Of a DNA stretch of 64,000 nucleotides, positions 23,497 through 36,902 are shown piece after piece; the stretch's first letter is position 1, and each line of letters starts with the position of its first letter. Below the pieces are notes generated by a model that was given only the letters and a program-made list of their open reading frames with translations, ran no database searches and was not told where the DNA came from. The stretch covers positions 6,572,001-6,636,000 of the forward strand of contig CM102284.1 of the NCBI GenBank assembly GCA_046563655.1. The letters are read 5' to 3'. Position numbers and translations under genes: made by a program. This stretch comes from Yuukianura sp. NJ FZ-2021 (taxonomy: Eukaryota).

Positions 23497-26400
23497 TTAT
23501 TTGATTGCTACACCAACAACGTGTGGTTCAATTAGTTTAAAAAATCTTGAGCAGTTCCTTGACTTGATCCGAAGTCTCTTTTGAGCAACTTTGGTAAACT
23601 TTGCTTGAGCAATGGCCAGATCCAATTGTCTGTCCAAGTAGCATCCAAAAATTGCTGGCCAAATGGGAAGTTTTGATGACAGAAAAGACTGGATTCGATA
23701 CTTGGCAGTATTCGGGACGTCACCAACATGTTCCAAATAGTAGTAGCGCCCTCCCTAGCAGAGACATGGTAAAAAACGTCGAAATGTTTCCTTTTTCGAA
23801 AGAATTCGGATTTACAAGTTTCAAAATTTTGTTTTTGACCTTACAGGAACCAGAATCCGGTGGATTTCGGCTAGTACTTTCTTCACATCGATGACTGAAC
23901 ACAAAACGATTGTGGTAACAACGACGTCAACGGAATTTGATGGAACTGCTTGCAAGTTTTCGGCTCGTGTGGCCAAGTACTTTTCCAAAAAGATGTCTGG
24001 AAACTGTCAAGAAAAGCGTTTCAATAATTTGAGTTTATTTGAAATTTTGACATCAGAATTCAGAAAACTGAAAGATTTTGTGTCAACCTTGTGCTTTTGT
24101 TCCATAAAGTACTGCTTGAAGTACATATTGGGGTCAGCAACGATGAGTCGCGTTTGTTGTGGGTAGTACTTCAAATTAGTTCCTACAAAATTTTTGAAAT
24201 TTTAGACTTTTTCAAAATTTTGAAATGTTTTCTAACAAACTTTACCCGAACCAACTCCTAGCTCCAGTATGCGAATGAGTCCTCTGTTTCTGAGGTCAAC
24301 CACTCCGGATTGAATGTCATCCAGGTCATGGAAAAGTGCTGCTTTGATTGCTTCTGTCTGCTTGTCATACTCCTTGCTGAACGATTTCAGATGATTCAAG
24401 AAGAAACTGCAAAAGAAATGCTTAAAAAATTCATTTTCTTAAAATAAGTGAAATAACCCATATCATGGAGCAGTGGTTTTTTCAAAATTTTACAAAATTT
24501 CGAAGGTGCGCTTTTTGCAAAAAACTTTGCACCAATTTACGTGAAATACCGTTCTGCAACTTGAACCGGTCAATGTAGTGATAGAAATTGCAATAAAGTT
24601 CAAATTTTCAGAATTTTCTAAAATGGGAATATTGTTCGTGTTTTTGGAAGTTTTTGAAGAGTCTTTTACATGGGAGGCCTTTGGGAGACCAGAAAAGTAG
24701 ATCGGATATTATACGAAGCGAAGAGGCGAGATAGGTCTTTTGCTCTTGTGTGCTTTTTGTATGGGAAGGCCGCCAGCGGGAGAAAAGTTGAGGAAGGAGA
24801 GGAGCCTTCTTGCTTCGCCTAATCTCCGCATAGCTCCGGACACTTTTTCAGAGAGCCTCCAACTTCACAATGTAAAATCTCTTTCCAAAATTTCAGAAAA
24901 TACAAAAACTTTAAAAATTCATATCTCAGGAACGGAATGCAATAAATTGCTAATTCCTTCACCACTCAACTCAGAATGATCTCAAGAATCTTTTAAGCGC
25001 AAAAAACCGAAATCTAAATTTTTACTAATTTTTAACAAAATCCCTGAACTATAGTCCATGGATTTTTTAAAATTTCATCAAAATTTTAAGGGTGCGTTGT
25101 TTGCGAAATTTTTGAACCCAACTATGAAATTAAGGATAAGTATAGGATAAGTTTGCAATGTCATTAACTTTTAATTTTAATTTTAATTTTAAGCGAATAC
25201 TTTTAAGGAAATAAGTCTTAGGGTTAAGTTAACGAGTAATTTTCTTTTTATTTTATTTTAAACGTTAAAAAAAACACAATCGAACGGGTTAATGAAAGAT
25301 TAAAGACTGATAATTCAATTGACAAGATGTAAAGCCACTAGCGTGGGTATCTTGTCACTAACAATTATGAAAGAAAAATGACAAGAATAAATGGCAAATA
25401 AAAAAAAAAAAAAAAAAAAAAAAATACTGTTTTCGAACAACGATGAATTAAGCGCTTGATTTAAAATTTAAAATAATTCAGTCCTCAAACTTTAATCATG
25501 TGTACCTTACCTGAAATTATTAATTTTTCATACAGCGTTGAGCAACTCTCTGAAAAATCATCGCTTTTCATTTTTTTTAAAATTAGATAAAATTTTGAAA
25601 GTGCCTTGTAACTGTTTGCACCAAACTACGCGAAATGTTATTTTGCAATTTACCCCGGCTGAGCTTGACGGGCTTACGGTATTGGAGAGTGTTGCAACTT
25701 TTTGCAAAAAGTGCTGCATTTTTTAAACGTGCATATTTTGAATATGCGTTTTTTTGCGAAAATTTTGCACTACATTATGCGAAAAGATGTTTTATAACTT
25801 GAACCGGTCGATGGAGTTGCGGAAATTGCAAAAGACTTCAAATCAAATTTTTAGGATTTTCTAAAATGGGAATTTTGCTTGTGTTTTTGGAAGTTTTCGA
25901 AACAGTCTTTTACATGGGAGGCCTTCGGGAGAGGAGAAAAGTAGATCGGAGATTATACGAAGCGAAGAGGCGAGATAGGTCTTTTGCTCTTCTGTGCTTT
26001 TTGTATGGGGAGGCCGCCAGCGGGAGAAAAGTTGAGGAAGGAAAGGAGCCTTTTTGGGTCGCCTAATCTCCGCATAGCTCCGAACACTTTTACAGAGAAC
26101 CTCCAACTTCACAGTGTAAAATCTATTTCCAAAAATTCAAAAAACTCAAAAATTTAAAAAATTAATATCTCAGGAACGGAAAGCAATAATTTGCTAATTC
26201 CTTCACCACTTAAGTCAGAATGATCTCAAGAATCTTTTAAGCCTATTAAACCGGAATTGAAATTTTTAATGATTTTGTCAAAATCCATGAACCATAGCAC
26301 AGGGATTTTTTCTTAAAAACTTTCAATATTTTACCATTAAGTTAACGTTGAGATCTCCAAACCTTAACTTTAAAACTTACAATGCTCGGATATCCCGAAA

Positions 26401-26499
26401 ATTCCATCCGACGAAGATGTGTACAAGACCAAGGAGAAACAGGATGAGCAGAGAGTATCTCCACAAGAATTCACGGACGTAAATATCTGTTGATGACAT
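23497..26499 (-). CDS. METTL7/TMT1-like SAM-dependent methyltransferase (5 exons; intron 1 about 2 kb)
   Basis: Hydrophobic N-terminus (YSLLILFLLGLVHIFVGW), motif I RILELGVGSGTNLKYYP, VADPN, SVDVVVTTIVLCSV, EIHRILVP|GGRYYYLEHV, WPAIFGCYLDR. Confidence 0.88.
24500..26303 (+). repeat. Two diverged direct copies of a roughly 560 bp repeat (about 24500-25060 and 25745-26303) plus partial sub-repeats, in the methyltransferase intron
   Basis: Shared blocks such as ttatacgaagcgaagaggcgagataggtcttttgctctt, ggccgccagcgggagaaaagttgaggaagga and atatctcaggaacggaa...tcagaatgatctcaagaatcttttaagc. Confidence 0.8.
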
Positions 26500-27602
26500 T
26501 TTCAACTTTAACTGAAAACTTTAACGTAAGTTAACGAAGAAAAACTTAATGAACTTTATTTATTTTTATCAGGAAAGTTATGAACTTTGTACTAAAACAC
26601 TTCAGACCAAAAAATTCATTTCCTTGTTTAAAAACCAATGAGGAAATGAGTCAACAAATTTAATTTTAGGTCAGTTATCGTGTCCCGAGCAACGACGCTG
26701 CTAAATTTTAAGTTATAGCGGTTTTGTGTTCCATAATTTTCGGGAACATGAGTTGACCGGAATTCCAAGTGTATTCACCCGATGTCACAATTTTCTCCAC
26801 TTTTCATTGCAAAACTTTAGTAATTCACGCACTGACTTAAATTTTTGTATGTAACAAATTGCTTCCTGACACAAAGAAAGTCTCGATAACCCAAAAATTG
26901 TAAATTATAAATTCTTTTGACTTAAATCTGGACAAAAATATATCAGAATTGAAAAATCTCTTTGAAGAAGTACAGTTGTAGTCTTGACTAAACTTTCGGT
27001 AACTCTGTTTGATAGTAGAAAATGGGAAGAAAGATACGAATACGATGAGAAGCCCTGTGGACACAACAAATTCAAGGTCTCTCGTAATCTGGTGGTTGTT
27101 GACTTGTAAGACCTTGAGATGCAGTAAAAGTGATTTCTATAATTAACACAAAATTAGAAAAGAACGTAATTAATTTCATTTCTTAACTTTTTCAGAGTAA
27201 AACTGTCGAATTTTGAAGAGTTTTTGGCGAAAAGAAACAAAAGATGAAGGAAAAAACTGAAGAATGCAACCTGTAATGTAACTCAAAAGGTGCAAAATAA
27301 TTTATTAGTATAATCAAAGATAATTGCACAAACAAAATTAAACTTAAAATGAACCCAATTAATAAATAAATTATTAATAAGAGTGCAAAAACTTAAAACA
27401 CAAATTTCACTTGTTTTTGTTAATAGAGAAAAGAGTACAAAAATATTAAAGAAAATTTTTTTTGAATTTTCGGGTTTTTAGAGAAAGGAGAAAGCAAAGT
27501 AAGGGGTGCAAATTATTTTTTAAAAGAACTTTTCAGAATAACTTGCAACTAAAACTTAAAATAAGTAACGGATTAACAAGAAATTAAAACAGAGCTGAAT
27601 TT

Positions 27603-30600
27603 TTATAGAATGTGACACCCAAAGCAGCACTTTCCAGTGACTTTGTCACCCTCATCATCAATTTTGCTACCTCTACGCATGCAAGGCTTGGAGGCACTTG
27701 AGCTTCCCTTGCCTCTCCGCTGAGATTCATCGTCAGGACAAACCAAAATTTCAATTTCTGGATTTGGAAGTATATTTTTTCCATTTTGACCTTTACTGCC
27801 TTTGACATCATCAAATCCAAGTGGATTTGAGCCTTCAACTGACAGAAGAATGTTCTGTTTGCCCCTGCTTTTGGTTGTTCCACCACTTCCAGTGAGACTT
27901 CTGGATTCTCCAGTGCCTGAATTAGTTCTGGATTTTAGAAAACAGCATTTCCTGCGAGTGCTGTTAGTGGAGGCAGAGGCAGTGGAGGCAGTACTTGAGG
28001 GAGCAAGTGAGGGAGCCTTCATCACACGATTTTTTGGTGGCTCAAGGTGGAAGCTCAAGTTATCTCGAAGAAATGACACAAAGCGGGAGCGGGACGGTGG
28101 ATGTGGAGGTGGGTCTAAGGAAATACCTGGTGGATCCAGCAACTGGGCTTCTCCAGAGGACTCATAGGAGGAGATGCTGTCAAGCGGATGATCGGAATTT
28201 GAATTCTGAGGTCGACTAAGGTGAAATGTGAGGTAAACGGGCTAAAAATAAACCAACAAAATTAAAAAGAATTAAAGATTTTGAATAAATTAATGTCAAG
28301 TTAACTAGTATACTAAACAACGAATCCAGATCTTGGAATCCCGTCATATGTTTGACGTCACAAATCCCCAGACGTAGCAGAGACAGAAGTGAAAATTTGT
28401 AAAATTTGGATCAAACCAGTTTTGAATTCGATTTTTGATTTTTTTTAATTAAAATTTTGTGACTAAAATAACTCGCAAAAGATTCGAAAGTAGAAAAATT
28501 CGAGATTCTTTTTGTTTTACCTTATGGTCCCCCATGCAAACGTTGCTCCCTATTAAATTGTACTCGGGGGTAGGTTCCTGAAAGACGCAAGCAGATCTTT
28601 TGAAATTCGAAATTTCAGATTTTTAAAAAATTAACAAAATTTTTGAAAAATGAGATGTACCTTAGATATGATACTATTGGCGTCATGAGTGAACAGAATT
28701 CTGTCACACCAAGATGGACACCGCGTCCTCATGAACATTCCTGGATGATCTTCGTCAAAAGGATACGTAGGGTGAAAGTTCACCTCCAGTTCTGTCAGAG
28801 TTTCAAAATTTTTGGTTTCAAAATCATAGGGTCGCAACTGTTTAGAAAAAACTGAGAATTAAAACTCGGTGGTTGAATTTTTACAAAGTTTTTGTAATCC
28901 TCATATGGCTTTATGTTATCTTCTAAATTTGATAGAACTTACCCATTTCCAGTCTTCTTTGAATCTCTGCTCGTGATTGGCTACTGAGAATCGTTTGTCT
29001 TCAATGACTAGGTCAGAGGTTATGGAAGTTGCCTCATTTTCAGCATTAGTAGCTGCGTCACTACAAGCGTTTGGTTCTATCGCACTAACCTCCTTTCGCA
29101 AGAGGTCAAACAGCGCGAAACTGTTAACACGGAAATTGAAATCTCCGAATATAAATACCGGCACATTTTCGAGATCATCATTTTGAAATCTAGAAAAAAG
29201 AAATTCAACAAATTAGAAATTTCTTTTTCTTTTTTTCATAATTTTGATTTGTAAAACCAGTCGTACCTGTCTAGCATGTAGTTGAGACTCCTTTGGCGAT
29301 TCTGTGAAAATTGTGATGGGAAGGTAGATGCTGCAAGGAGGTTATGACTGTCGTGGAAGAGGTGAATGTTGACGAGGTCAAAGGTGACGCCAGCTAAACG
29401 CCATCTTGATCGAGCAAATCCCTTCCTGGACCACTTACTCTACATAAAATAGCAAATTTTTAAAAAACTTTCTCAAATTCTTATCGCTGAGAATGCTTTT
29501 TTTTGTGAAAATTTACGTTTGGAAAGTGATGGATTGGAAATTTCTCCTTCTGATTCCAAGAATTTGACTTGAGTACTTTTCCAACAAAAAGTTTTCCCGT
29601 AGATGCTGGATTCAGAGTCACAAATTTATTGGTGTCAAAGTTCCATACGTCCACAGGCGTTGTACTGTTTTTGCGCATAAAATATAAATTTGACAGAGCC
29701 TAAAAGTAAAGTAAGACTTTAATCAACTCAATTACCACCACTAAAGTTTAAGATTTAGAATCAAGTTCAATTGTTTTCATTTTAGAATTTGTACTAACCG
29801 TAAACTCTGGCTTAAGATCCGCCTCAGAGTCAACAATTCCTTGAAGTAAATTGTATCCAGTTGTTCCTAGGGCCTCAAGCACAGTACTGCAAAACAAGTC
29901 AGTCCAATTACAATTAGATTAATCAAAGTTTAATTAAAAGCTGCTTAAAATGATGAGGTCGATGGCCTCTCATATTTCTTTTGACCCAACAAAAACCTAA
30001 TGCATTTTAGTGTTTTTTTTTAGCATTGCGGCATAAATAACTTTGGAAGTGTTTTCTAGGTCAAAAGAACGATGATCCTTGATTAGAAAACGCAACGAGA
30101 TGAATCATTGCACAAATTGTGAAGTGGGAAAAATAATTGGCGATTACAATGCAACTCTGACGTTATTTTTCGAGTGCTATTGAAATTGATGTTATTGATA
30201 AGGGCATAAGATGATTTAGAAGTGTTTTAGTAAAGGAAGCAATACACTCAAAAGTAATAGGCTTCATAGGATTCAGGAATGAATGAGAAAATGCTTCCGC
30301 TTCCGATTAATGTTTATTTATGAGTTGGTAAAGTGTCTGAAGTTTGCAAATAATTTGCAAGTCAGCGTGGCCAAAATGGCAATGACACAAGGTCAAGTGC
30401 ACTTGGACTAAAATGCGCCAAGGTACTGAGGATCTTTATGATGAGATCTTGACAGTTAGTAATAGACCTGCTAAAAATATTTACTATCAGCACCCAAAAT
30501 ATTTATTTAAAAATTTACTAAAAACGGCGAAATATTTACAAAAATATTTACTAAAACCGTTAATATTTATGAATTTTCCTACTAAAATCAGACCGATTTA

Positions 30601-31713
30601 ATGAGAAAAACACTTTACGTAAGTATAAAAAGACTGGGCAACAACCCCAATCACAAGATTTACTACGTCAGCACTGTCTTGTCGCTTAATATTACCGTGT
30701 GAGAACAATGCTACTGTATTGTGGTCATGATTCCATTAGTATGGTTTAAAATTTTTGTAAAAATGTGCATACGAAAGTATGTTAGTATGTACGTATGCCT
30801 ACGTATCTAAAGTACTGCAGCACTTTCATGTAGGTGCCAATCTGATTTTTCGTGTACTTCTACTCAAAGTTTAGTTGTTTCCAGTGTTGCACAAATTTTT
30901 GTTAACTAAATTGATACTACCGAAAAACTCCGTAAACGTTCTTTTCACGATTTTGTTGTCGAAACATCAGACAAACACATTGGTTGCTCACCGAGAGTAG
31001 ACAAAAAAGTCGAAATTTCGGCAAAATTATTATGAAATGCGGAAATATTTAAAAAATATTTGCATTTTGTCAAAAAAACGCTGAAAATTTAAAAAAATAT
31101 TTACATTTTTTTAAATCGCGAAATATTTTTTTTAAATATAAAAATATTTAGTATTTAAAAAAACATTTTTAGCAGGTCTAGTTATTAATAAATTGAATTG
31201 GAACGATAAGTATTTCTTTTCCTGAATTTTCGCAACAAACTGTACGCAAGTATACAAATTCACTTTTTCCAAATTTTGAAGAAAAAACCGATTTTGACTC
31301 TGATACCTGAAGAAGCTCTGGATCACTTTACTCCCATTTTTGTAATCTTTTCCGCCAGTTTCTTGGAAATGAAGTGCAACGAAGTCTGGATTGTCCAACT
31401 GGATTTTCTGGAGAAAAAAGATTGAAAATTACATGTGAAATTTGATGAAAACATGGGAAATAACAATTTTCCATGACCTACGGTAATTGCAAAACTAATT
31501 GGTGCTTAAACTTACATTAGTTAGCTCGTTCAACCATATTGGCAATCCCGTTTCAATCTGAAAATAAAAACAAGTCTATCGGCGCAATCTAAAACCAAGG
31601 TCCATAAATATGTTTATGGGGTTACGTTTTCAAAATATGTTTAAAATTTTAAAGATTGTTACATTTTCGAAGACAGATCCAACGTTGGCAGTGATTAGCA
31701 GTATGATACTCAT
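27603..31713 (-). CDS. INPP5A: Type I inositol-1,4,5-trisphosphate 5-phosphatase
   Basis: LLITANVGSVFEN, DFVALHFQE, WSRKGF, FDLVNIHLFHD, FIFGDFNFR, FHPTYPF, TRCPSWCDRI, GDHK|PVYL; C-terminal CaaX (CHIL). Confidence 0.92.
30463..31180. mobile_element. hAT-type MITE (718 bp) in an INPP5A intron
   Basis: TIR TAGACCTGCTAAAAAT ... ATTTTTAGCAGGTCTA. Flanking 8-mers gttagtaa and gttattaa match 7/8, consistent with an 8-bp TSD. Many subterminal aaatattt motifs; non-coding. Confidence 0.8.
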
Positions 31714-34700
31714 TTTAACTAACTTTTTAGTCAAATCCACTTTCACTTTTACAAAATCCAAAAAATCAGTTGTGAGGTTTCGTTCCCGGGAATTCAGTTT
31801 TTCGGATTCGGATCGGAAGGTTCCACCCGAACACTTTTTTACCCGAATACCTTTCACTCCAACGCTTCAATTCAAACTAGCAAGTCTTGATTTTTTTTTC
31901 GAAAACAGTTTTTTCATGTTTCTAACTTTCAGGAACTTTTTTAGTAAAAACAAACACACAGTCGATTTCTATCTTTCAACAAAAGTCAAGAAGATGATGA
32001 CGCAAACTTCCAATTCTGCATACTGTTACTGTCACTTTTTTGTTTCAAAAGTACAACTTTTTTGCACTGTTTTCCTTTAGTTGCAGTTGAATGAAGATGT
32101 TTCTGATGATGCTAAAAAGATCAGCCCAATTCTGCAAACTTCTAGCTCCACAAACCTCAGTTTCCTGATGAATTGACGTCTTTCGAAAATTAGCAAGTTG
32201 CAAAAACGTATTGGGACAAGATTTGGACTAGTTGTGATTCAGAGCACATGTGCCGATGGACACGTCAAGTGTCAAACTGGTTAGGAAGTTGACTTGGACC
32301 GTGGTTGTCTCCCAGGATGCTGTCCTGTCTGAGCTTCTAAAAACTGACACTTGACTCTCCGCTGTGAAATTTACTAGTAAGTAGAAGTTGGAACTAACAT
32401 TTGGTTCTAGTAGTAGGTTGAGCTATTTGCTATCGTCTATTTTTGCTTTGTGGTGTGGTGGGTGACGAAAGCAGAAAAAAAAAGTTAGGAGTTATGAGTA
32501 GTTAGTGATCGTGGGAATTAGTTAAAACCTCTCTGACGTCAGTAGCTCGTTGAGGGAATCACATTTAATTGAACTTGACCAGAGAGAGGGAGGATGGGAG
32601 GAAAATGGCAAATTTGCTAATGATTTACAGACCTTAGGTGGTTGCAAATTTTTGCACAGCTTGTCCCCACGTGGCTTCAAGTAACACTGTCCAACGTCTT
32701 TTTAACTAAAACCTGTTAGTCTCGATGACAATTTCACAGAGATGCTCTATGGAAAGCACTTGTCGTTTGTTGCAAAAGTTTTGCGAATAGACAACGCTTG
32801 TGTACAGAATCAGTTTCCGCGAGGAATCAACTGCTTTATAATGCCACAATTAACTGTTAGTCTAAATTTTAAGCTCTACAAATACCAACTTATTGTCGTC
32901 AATAATTTTTGTAGTGACGGTAAAAGCATGAATAGGAAAATCGATGCTTCCTCTAACATCTATTTTCAGTTTCAAAAACGCCAATTCACAAATTGTGAAT
33001 TGTCGATTGTGAATCACAATCGACGCTAATTTGACATTGCGCGTTTTAATAGACGTGATGATGCATTTCACTTAATCGTAATCTAAAATAGAAATTTGAA
33101 ATGTTATGATACGACTCTCTCCTTTGATGAAGTGGGTGTGGGGGTGCTATTATTGTTTTTTTTAAACGATGAGCCTCTATTTTTGCACAAGTATTTTTGT
33201 TGTTGTCATTAAAAGTTGGGTTAGAGCAGACAGCTGCGTGGATAGCAAAATAAGCCGAAGTTAGTAAAGTTAGTTAAAATTGATTTAACTTGCGAGCAGT
33301 TTAGTTCAACTTTGTGAGAAACCACAAACACTACGAGAAGAATCGCACGATTTTTGTAAATTCATTCAACTTTGTAAATACGTCAATTGGTTTAACTGTT
33401 ATAAAGTTAGTTTTTATGGTTTAAAAAAAACTATGTTTAAAATTTTGAGGTTTTCTTGGGAAATTGAAAGTTATTTTTATGGTGAACCATAATTTGGCGG
33501 AGCCTCAAACAAAAATTTAAATGTCATTGGAATAGCCACTTAAACTTTGCACAAGGAAATCCTTGTGCTAAAAAAACTTGCAAACACTTCGGTAGTACTC
33601 GCGCCTCTCTCTAATGAAATACGGAAATTGGTTCACATAAATATTTGGAAAATCCAAAAATAGAAAAAGAAACAAACGATGTGTCTACTTTTACCACTGA
33701 AAACCAAAACATACAAAAATAAAATCAAAATTTGAAAATTTGAACCCTTCTTCTTTTAAATCTTGCTGAAAGTAAAAGGTTGAGTGCGTAGAGTTTTAGA
33801 AGCAAAGAACCCAAGCCCAATGTTAGTATTCGCAGAAAATTTTATTTTGACGATTTAGTTACTCATATTCATAATTAACTAAATAAGTAGTCCTTAATTT
33901 TAATATTATCAAGCTAACTTTAAGTTTAATTAAATTTAAATTAAATTCACTTAGGTTTACAAGTATTAGATCAACAATTGCCACCAAAAACTGGTTACCA
34001 GGAATTTGAAACGTTCAACACACCCAGGACAGTAATTAAAACTAGTTTAACTAATTGTAATTAATTAATACAAACTAACTTCAATTAACACCTTTTGAAG
34101 ATGGACTGTACACTTTACGCCCTAAAGTGAACTTTTGTTTTCACTTTTCTAGCAACTTTTCAAATCTTTTAAGAACTTTCTCTCCCTTTCCTCGTGGAAT
34201 TAAAATAGTGGTCAAAGGTCAATCATTTTCAATCTTGTTTCAACAATTTAAAACTTGTTAAATTAGTTATGGAGGTAATTAAGGCAATTAAGTTTAAATT
34301 TGATAACAACAGGTTGTTGTAAGTATTTTTTCCGTTTTCCTCAAAAGAATTTTACTTTTTTAACAACAACGATAACACGTGAGACCAGAGAGACTAAATT
34401 TTAGTAATTACTCCCACTACAATTAACGTGACTCATTAACACCTCCCGCTCCAATTTCAATTTGCACAAAACTAATTGCAAATTGACGTCATCGCTTTCG
34501 CACTTTACACCTAATCTCCCTCCCTCCATCCCTAATTTGTTATTCACAACACACCTACACTTTCCAATATTTTGTCCAAACAGAGGTCAACTACTAAACT
34601 TGACCCTTGCATCACTCAGATTATAATCAAATTTTGGCCATTTTACTAATTAGCGTTTAATTTTTTTCATCCACACCCACTTTCGGCATTTTACAAGGTT

Positions 34701-36902
34701 TCTTTTCCATTTACTCAAAATAGCCTCAACAAGGTCATCACTATAAGTGCTACACTCAAAAAGGCTTTTAAAATAATTGCCGATTACGAGACAAGTTGAT
34801 TATGAAATACTAAAATTTAATTTTAGACTAAACTAAACTAAGATGTAAAAGTTAAGCTTAAAGACAATTCAAAAGATTCAGAAAACAGGAACGTGGAAAT
34901 GCTGTGTTTCTGTGCAGTAAAGTTTGGAAATTTGGAAATTGCAATGAAGTTTTTAAAAGGCCTCAATTCTCTGCAGCCACAAATGACGTCAATGGACACT
35001 TAACACTTAAAAAGTGTGCAGAGAATAAAAAGCTTAGGGAAAAGGAAGAAGGCCGTACTAGTTGTAAGGATGTGCTAATTTCTGAAAATGTTTAGGAAAA
35101 AAGAGAAGCAGAAGAAGTCTAATAACAATAGAGTGCTAATTCACACTTCCTGTAAAAAATTAACTTTGGTTCGTAATTAAATCTGAAGCGTAGAGGAATT
35201 AGTCTAATTAGTGTGGTTTGTCAGTGAGTGACGCAAGTTGCGAGTCTACATATGGAGTTACGAGATAGTCTGAACAGCGTGACCTGATTTTTTTTTAGTT
35301 CTAACTAGCATCTGGTTTTTATCGAGTCTTAAAAAGTTTTATAATTTCGATTCAAAATTAAATAAAAAGTTAAATTTGACATGAACCAAAACAAGACGAA
35401 GAAAATCTGTATCGTACTCCACGCGGACCAAACGGGTTCCCTCAATACAACTTGTTTTAAATCCTGCTTTTTGAAATTTTGGTATACTAGACATAAAATT
35501 TCAAAAAAGTAGTCGTCTAAATTAAGTAAGTATTGCTATGTCAGACGCGTCTTTGATCTAACTGTAGGGAAATCGAATTAAATCTCTTATTAGTTAGTAA
35601 AACTCCACGTGCGACTGGTCGCTCGTGCATGATGACGAACGACTATGACATGAAAATCAAGTGTTTAAAATTAATTAAATTAATCATTCACGAAATCAAC
35701 TCAGCGAGTTAAGTGTGTGTGGATGTTAAAGATGCAAGGACAGAAGTGTAGTTAAATTCAAAGACAAATTCTCCTCTTCATTCGCACACGCTACACACTT
35801 CAACAGTTATACAGTTTAAAAAAAGCAATAAGATTCTTTCGTTGACTAAATACTGGTCTCTTAATATTCTTATTAATCTGAATTATTGTCTTTGTCTAAT
35901 GGAGAAAGTGGAACTTAAAACTGTTTCTGATAAACTAACGATAATTCACTAACTAATTAAAAAGGTCGCAATTTAACAAAAAAAATTATCTAAATCACCC
36001 AAATGTTACACATTTCAGGCAAAATCAGCAGAATCAACAAAAATAGTTACAAGCACAAAAGCAACAAGCAACAATAATTGTGTGAAACCGGTAAATTGCT
36101 TTACTTTTAACCAGAAATTTAAAATAAAAATTGGGACTGGAAAGTCAACTTATTTTCAAAAAAAAAATCTGAAATCTGAATTTGGAACCCAGTTTCGAAA
36201 TTAATTGCAAAAGCAAATGAAGAAGACACTTTTGAACAAAAACAATTCAATCCAATTTAGAAACAAGTTTTTGCCAAATGTTTGTGCAAACCGCTAATTA
36301 AAACTCGTAAGCCAACTCTAGTTTCTCAATTTGACTTTAGAAAGCAAAATAAAACCTGACATTGACAACTTAAACTGAAAAAACTAGCAGAAAAAATTTA
36401 TAACACCTTTTTATTGCGCTTTGGAATGATGTTTTTTCAAGTTTAACATTAAATTAATTAAATTATTGTAGCGTGAGAAGCGACGACGAGTCATAAGAGA
36501 CAAAAACAAAGATTAAATTATTCCTTCTTCCCTTTTTTGTTTAAATTCCTCACCTACTTTTACACCTTGGAGTTAATTAAACTCGTATTTTTTTTTCTTT
36601 AAATTTTTTTCTTCTCATAAATTCTAAATCTTCTACGCATTTTTCTAACTTTTTAAGAACCCACTGCTTCATTTTCGTCTTTTTTTGCTCTACTTTTTTA
36701 AAAAAGACTCACAGTGGTAATCTCAATGTTATGCCTTTTTCTGTGCATCCAAGACTAAACTTTCTCTTTTTAAAAATAAACAACTCCCAGCACGATATGC
36801 CCAATTTTCATTGAGAGTTTACATAAAGACGCCAAATCATCACCCTCTTCCCAAAAAACTGAAAAAAGCACCTGAAAATCTCAATTTTTTGGCTTCTTCT
36901 TT

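Noticed and set aside
28142-28241. Apparent frameshift between the INPP5A catalytic end and the CaaX-bearing ORF
   Set aside because: Base-by-base translation from the acceptor at 28241 is in frame with ORF 27603..28142.
31800-36800. Short ORFs in the 5-kb gap between INPP5A and DMXL
   Set aside because: AT-rich, no recognisable motifs or consistent exon chain; probably UTR and regulatory DNA.
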